Position numbers and translations under genes: made by a program
Shown: in pieces, positions 58,066 to 64,000 of the stretch
How the letters are laid out: every line of letters begins with the position of its first letter
How positions within the stretch are numbered: the stretch's first letter is position 1
The notes under the pieces: generated by a model
The model's input: only the letters and a program-made list of their open reading frames with translations
Told to the model about the DNA's origin: nothing
Databases searched by the model: none
Assembly: GCA_012295275.1 (NCBI GenBank)
Contig: CM022672.1
Coordinates: forward strand, 17,422,001-17,486,000
Source: Chrysomallon squamiferum
Lineage: Eukaryota; Animalia; Mollusca
DNA: 64,000 bases
Direction: 5' to 3'

Positions 58066-58734
58066 CGGAATAAACTGTCAAGGCATCTTGGAATAATCTC
58101 TTCTGTTTTTACAATACGCTGGACTCCCAACATGCTATTTCTGAATTAAATGCAAATCGCAACAGTGGTAATGACAAGATTGGCCTTGATCAGAGTTCAT
58201 TCGCTTCGGCAGCTGTGGTTTTATTCTTTAACTATCCACTAATTTGTATTTACAAACATCATAACTCATGCTCCCGGCCGGTAATCGAAGCACTATTTAT
58301 TCCAGTTTGTTATCAATCGATACTTTTTTCTTTTCACAAAAATATTTTGCGAATACTTCAGTTTCTACAAAAATACTCGGCTGCGGTTTCGACACGAGTC
58401 GCAACGAAGACTGCACCAGTGGATTAGCTGCTTCACCGAGTCGGCTCCTGACGATGCATTTTGGTGTCAGATGAACGAGCGCCCATTAAACGGTAAGAAG
58501 TCTGTTTTTACAGTAAACCGCACGAAGGGAATCGGTTCGACTCGTTACTTATTCATTATTTCAACTTGAACAGAACGTTTTATCAACTGAATTTTTTTTT
58601 TATAGATTTGGACTCACAACTCGTAAACCCAATACGATAACCGCAGTTCCTCGAACACTGGGCTTAAGGCGCAAACATACTGCGGGACTTTACTACTAGT
58701 ACTACGACTGCTTTTATTTTTATACCGTTTCGTC

Positions 58735-58746
58735 TGCGCCTGCGCA
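58735..58746. promoter_or_regulatory. NRF-1/Erect-wing-type motif TGCGCCTGCGCA
   Basis: Close match to the YGCGCAYGCGCR consensus, inside a CpG-richer patch (~58190-58800). Function is untested. Confidence 0.35.
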
Positions 58747-61125
58747 GTGATCGTGATAGCAGTGTAACTGAGCCGTCCAAATTTTAGAAACACGGGTTAA
58801 TAATTGACAGTGTGATTACTTCATTATGTAATACAGACAATTACTTGGCTCTGAAACGATTATGTGACCTCTGTCTCATTATTCTGTATTAGAAATGAAA
58901 ACTGTTTCATTTTTTTTGTATATAGAAAACGTAACATTTGTTATTTTATTTAGGTATTTGTCGGCTTATTTGTTGAAAATAAAGACTGACAAATGGCGAT
59001 ATGGAAACTATAATTAACTTTTCTGTAAGTTGTACCCGCTTTTTATTTCATATGTATTCCATCATTCATTATCTATCATCTTGCTTAACCTAACACAGTA
59101 AAATCGTACATTTTTTCTTTTATTTTATTTTATTTTAATTTTAATTTTATTTTATTTATTAAGACAATGCTTTTTATATTTTTAAAATTAAGCTATTTTG
59201 CTTAGAGGACTTACTGTTATTATTTATTTTTAACCAGATCTTTTGTGTACGTTATTGCAAAACGGTCGGTACAAAACACTTCTTTCTGCTATTAATCTTT
59301 CTCTTTATCTGCATATTCTTTAACGAAACATATGGCACCATAAACCTGTATATAATAAATGGTTGTTTACTCATATAGTAAAACGAAAAGCTATGATTTT
59401 TTACCACGCTTTGCATCATGAACATGTGCACCAAAGTTAAATGATAAACGTATTTTGATGAAGTGATCTTGTGTCATTTTATATCTTATCGACACATATT
59501 TTTATGTATATACATATATATGTATCTGATTCTGTGATTTCTCCCCATTTTATCAGCTCTTCTGATTTTTTTTTTTTTTTTAATTCATCGCTGGAGGAGT
59601 ACACAAAAATCGTAAATTATCACAATCATTGCTTCATTTCTTGCTCGACGATTTCTGCGGCTTTGGCAAAAAGCACAAGAACCGCTAACTGCAAGCTTGA
59701 TTATGTCTGGGTTGGGAAGACCTGGTAACGAATCGCAGGCCAGATCAAACGAGGCACCATCAGGCAACGATAATACAATATGAAGTGTACTTAGTGACAA
59801 ATATCAGACATCACGGGTCATTACGTACAATTTCACCATCCCTTCAGTAAAAATGTTAAGAACTGTATTTATTTTATTTCATTTTTTTTTTTTTTTTTTT
59901 TTAAGAAACGAAAGAATTTATCATCATCGAGGAAGTTTCCGTGCTCTATTTTTTTTCAACTGATTATTTAATAAGTGCGTTGAAATTTGGACGCTAAAAC
60001 ACTAACTGTCATACTTACAGACGGGATTAAATTAATTCCATTGTCGCTGTTTTGTCAACCGAATTGTGTCAATTACGGTATCAAAGTGCTAAGCGTAGAT
60101 CGATTGTTCCAGTTTGGCATCTTTTATCATGTATAATCCTTTCTTTTAAAAACGTCCTTTTTTTTTTTTCTTTGTTTTTTCAACAGATTATCGTGGTTGT
60201 AACTGAATATTTGTATTATTAACCATTTCAATACACATCGATTTATGTCGTGCTTTTGTTTTAATTTTTTTTTTTTTTTTTTTTTTACCTTTCTTCAATG
60301 TTTTTTTTAATTACTACTGCTGCTACTGCTACTACTACTACTACTACTACTACTATTGTTACTATTGCTACATAACAACAATAATTATGATGATTATTAA
60401 ACGAAAGGTAGTATTAGAGATGACAGTTGCTTTAAAAAGCTCTTGTTGTTGTTTATTTTTTTTTGTTGTTTTATTTCTTGTTTTTTGTTTATTTTGTAGT
60501 TATTCCTTTTCTTATAATGTTATCATTTCTTTTTTCATTTTTCTTGTTTGATTTTTTTTTTTTTTCGTTTCCTTTATTTAATTCTATAAACAAAAACATG
60601 AGAAAAATACAAATAAAAAAGATGTTTCAAAGTGTGCACTACATATGTAACACATTGAAAAATGTTTTAAATGTAATCAATAGCGTAAACATAATCGATT
60701 GTGGCTGGCGTTTTTGCATAAATTGCCACTACAACGACAACCGCAGTGAAGTACTATTACTACTGCTGCTACGATGGTAAAGAACTATTCAGACTAATAC
60801 AACTACAGTGAATTTTATTACAACTGCTGCCACTGTTACTGTCACCACTTCTACTATTACTACTACTACTACTACTACTGATGCTACTACAACTGCCACG
60901 AATAATAATGAAATAATTGTGTTTCCAAGCACAGATTATTGCATCGAATTCAACCTCGAACATGAATATAGTTCTGTAACTTTATCGATTTGTACGCCGA
61001 AATAAATGACGCGTAACTAAAAAAATCCTATTACCAGTTTGTTACTCTGACGATTTTTGCTTTTTTTTTTGTTTTTTTTTTGGTATATTTAATTTTTATT
61101 TTATTTTATTTGCTTTGAATCGCAG

Positions 61126-61228
61126 GAATCCTGTGAGAACAGAACGAAGGCAGCGCCTAGAAAAAAGATGAGTTTACGCCGAGGAGAGAGAATGAAGCAC
61201 AGGGGAAGTTACCCTATGGACACAGCCG
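61126..61228 (+). CDS. Probable next coding exon (103 nt): ESCENRTKAAPRKKMSLRRGERMKHRGSYPMDTA+1 nt
   Basis: ttttattttatttgctttgaatcgcAG|GAA...GCC G|GTGAGT. The frame is open in phase 0, matching the upstream donor. It is a purine/GC-rich island in AT-rich DNA and ends in phase 1. It is absent from the ORF track. Confidence 0.7.
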
Positions 61229-62274
61229 GTGAGTACAACAGAGTCTTTTGTAAACTATCTAAAAAAACAAACTGAAGCTTTCATCATTATGTGTGTGTGT
61301 GTGTTTGTCTACATGTGTATTTTCCTCTTCAGTAAATTTTTTTTATTTTGTTATTATTATTATTATTATTATTTTAAATCTTTGGAAATGAAGTTTGAAC
61401 ATGGTCGTAACTAGACTCTTTTTTTGAAATGAGGCAAAAACACTTAATCGTCGAGTCAGTTATGTCCTTTCAGATGGTAATCGTAGACGTAAACGAATTC
61501 ATTCAGTGGATATCGTTTCTGTCGGAATAGAGATTTATATTTTTATATTTTTAAAATAAAATCTTTATATAATCTTTCTTTTATATATATATATATATAT
61601 TTTTTTTTTTTTTAATTGTTTGCCTCATTTGCCTCAGTGTAGTTACGGCCATGATGAAGATGGTGAGTTATTTACTGGAACTCAACAAGTAATTAATGTT
61701 TAACCAATTACTATTTATGTGTCGATTTGTGTAAACTTCACCCAGTTCTTACCCATCAGTATTTTACCTACCTCATGACAACAAACATCATACCCACATA
61801 CAAATAACATACAAATAACATATATGACTGTGTGTTAAATTCTAGCTATTTTGTAATTACCATCAGATGATAACAGCTCGGAGCTATGGTTGTAAGTCGC
61901 TGTCTGGTTTATTATTAGTTCACACAGGACTTAAAGAATCACAGTACAGAACGGCTTTGCCGAATTAGATTTTTGAAATTTGTTTTTCGTTACAGCTACT
62001 AAATACATATTAGAATATATTTGAATTGTTATTATATTTGATTGTTATCACAGTTTAGTCGATATTTTTATGACGTATGCGTGAGAGATAGTTTTATTTT
62101 GTGTTTATTATTTTTATTTTTCAGTTAATATTTTTATTAGTGTAATAATATGTAAGGCTCTATTCGTTTATCATTTTGGGCTTTATGTTAGTGTAACGAG
62201 AATATCGGAAGTACAAAGCAACAACAAAAAATCTCATTCTGTTTTTATTTATTAAAGTTTTTTTTTTTTTTTTT

Positions 62275-62297
62275 TTATTATCATGGTTATGATTATG

Positions 62298-62332
<35 letters not shown>

Positions 62333-62392
62333 ATTATCATTGTTATAATTATTATAATTATTATTATTTTTATTATTATTATTATTATTATG

Positions 62393-62420
<28 letters not shown>
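62275..62420. repeat. (TTA)n microsatellite
   Basis: Direct inspection; boundaries approximate. Confidence 0.95.
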
Positions 62421-62423
<3 letters not shown>

Positions 62424-62860
62424 GTAAAATAACGAATCTGTTATTCGTTAAACAATCAGAATGCACTGGTTTACATCTTTCTCACTCACACCCACTGATC
62501 CACGATTAATTTATAACAGACATCAAACTCTGTTTTCATTTCCGTTGAAAGGTGTGTTTAAAAAGGCTTTGTGTCTAATCGAAAACGACTAACCTGTCTC
62601 ATATGACTTGACTCTGCTACATGTTTGTACGAGGCTGTGTAACTGTAGATTTAAAAAAAAAACGTGGAGTGTGCTGTTACTTCTGATCGATCAGAATCAA
62701 CGATATTTTATAATAATACACATAACGCATGCCACTTGCCTTTGATAAACAGTTGCTGTTTCATATTGATGTGCAATGTTCATTAATAAATAAATTATTT
62801 CAGCATTATGAACTCATGTGCGAAAATTACTCAAAGCAGGAAAAAAAAAAAAAAAAAAAC

Positions 62861-62892
<32 letters not shown>

Positions 62893-63838
62893 CATATAAC
62901 AAAAATCATAAAAACAAATATACAAAAGAAGAAAAAGAGTCATGATGATCTTTAGCACTGTCAAAGGTTTAAAGGAAACGAATAACAATACTGCTATATA
63001 ATGTTGAAATAGAATGAACTAATTTCTGTGATGCCATGTCAGACTGCCATGTCAGACTGAAATGAGTTACGTAACATTCATTGAACACTGGAGACGTTAT
63101 CTAACACACGTTATTGTGCTAGCAGACGTTGTTAGGTTCGACAACTCGGTTAAATTGATAAACAGGAAATGCTGCAGGAGTTTTCTCCCATAGACTGGCA
63201 TACCGCAGGCTGTTTGATCAGTTACAGTCGGGAGCAAATGTTTTAATATGTAATGTAAATGTAAATGTGTAAGTATATGTAACTGTAAATGTATATAAAT
63301 AAATAATAAATTTGTAAAATCGTTTCAAACTCGCTGGTTATTTTAAAATAAATTTCAGTGATATGAACGACAGAAATATCCATAAATTAATAAGCATGTT
63401 TGAAATAATTATGATTACTTCTTGTAATTTTGTGATTTAAATTTGTATACTGTTTCAATTTTGCTGATACTGTGATACACACCAACTTCAAAGCTATCAG
63501 CACTATCTCAGAAACTGTGACTACAGTTATTTTACTGATATAAAAAGGGTATATGTGTGTATGTGCAGACAAATTCATTTTTATATATTTATGTGTATCG
63601 GTCTGTTTGCATATTTGCGCCCCTTGAATCAGCAGTCGTTACTTTCAAAAACACGTCACACGCAAACGTCTTACACACACACGTACACGCAGATACGCAT
63701 CCTCACTAAATCTGTTATTGTTTTGTTTTTAATCTTCTCCTTCTTTTTCTTGATACTGTTGTTACAATAGTCACTTAATCTTACTGGATAACCTTAAATC
63801 TTGACTGCCTACTCATAAACCAGCTCACAAAATAATGC

Positions 63839-63875
<37 letters not shown>

Positions 63876-64000
63876 TGATGATGATGAAAAAAAAAAAAAT
63901 ATATTAATCATAAAAAAAATTTAAAAAAAAATTCAAGAAGAAAAGCATCATTTCGTCTATCCCCGTATTTCGCTATTTCTTATCGATTTCGAGACGAAAT

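Overview
This is AT-rich, microsatellite-dense eukaryotic DNA. It looks like an invertebrate, possibly a mollusc, but that is inferred from composition only. No prokaryotic features, CRISPR arrays or rRNA are visible. One + strand gene is supported. It has a large coding exon for an ankyrin-repeat protein (ATG 12336, phase-0 donor after 13865) and a probable 103-nt next exon at 61126-61228, implying a ~47-kb intron and continuation beyond the window. The intron holds two inverted copies of a tRNA-derived SINE-like element each fused to (TACA)n, LINE and possible Tc1 relics, hairpins, a 388-bp higher-order repeat, degenerate minisatellites and candidate recursive (AG|GT) splice sites. Almost all other listed ORFs are translated microsatellites. 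I found no convincing new multi-gene system; the best leads concern how the large intron is organised and spliced.
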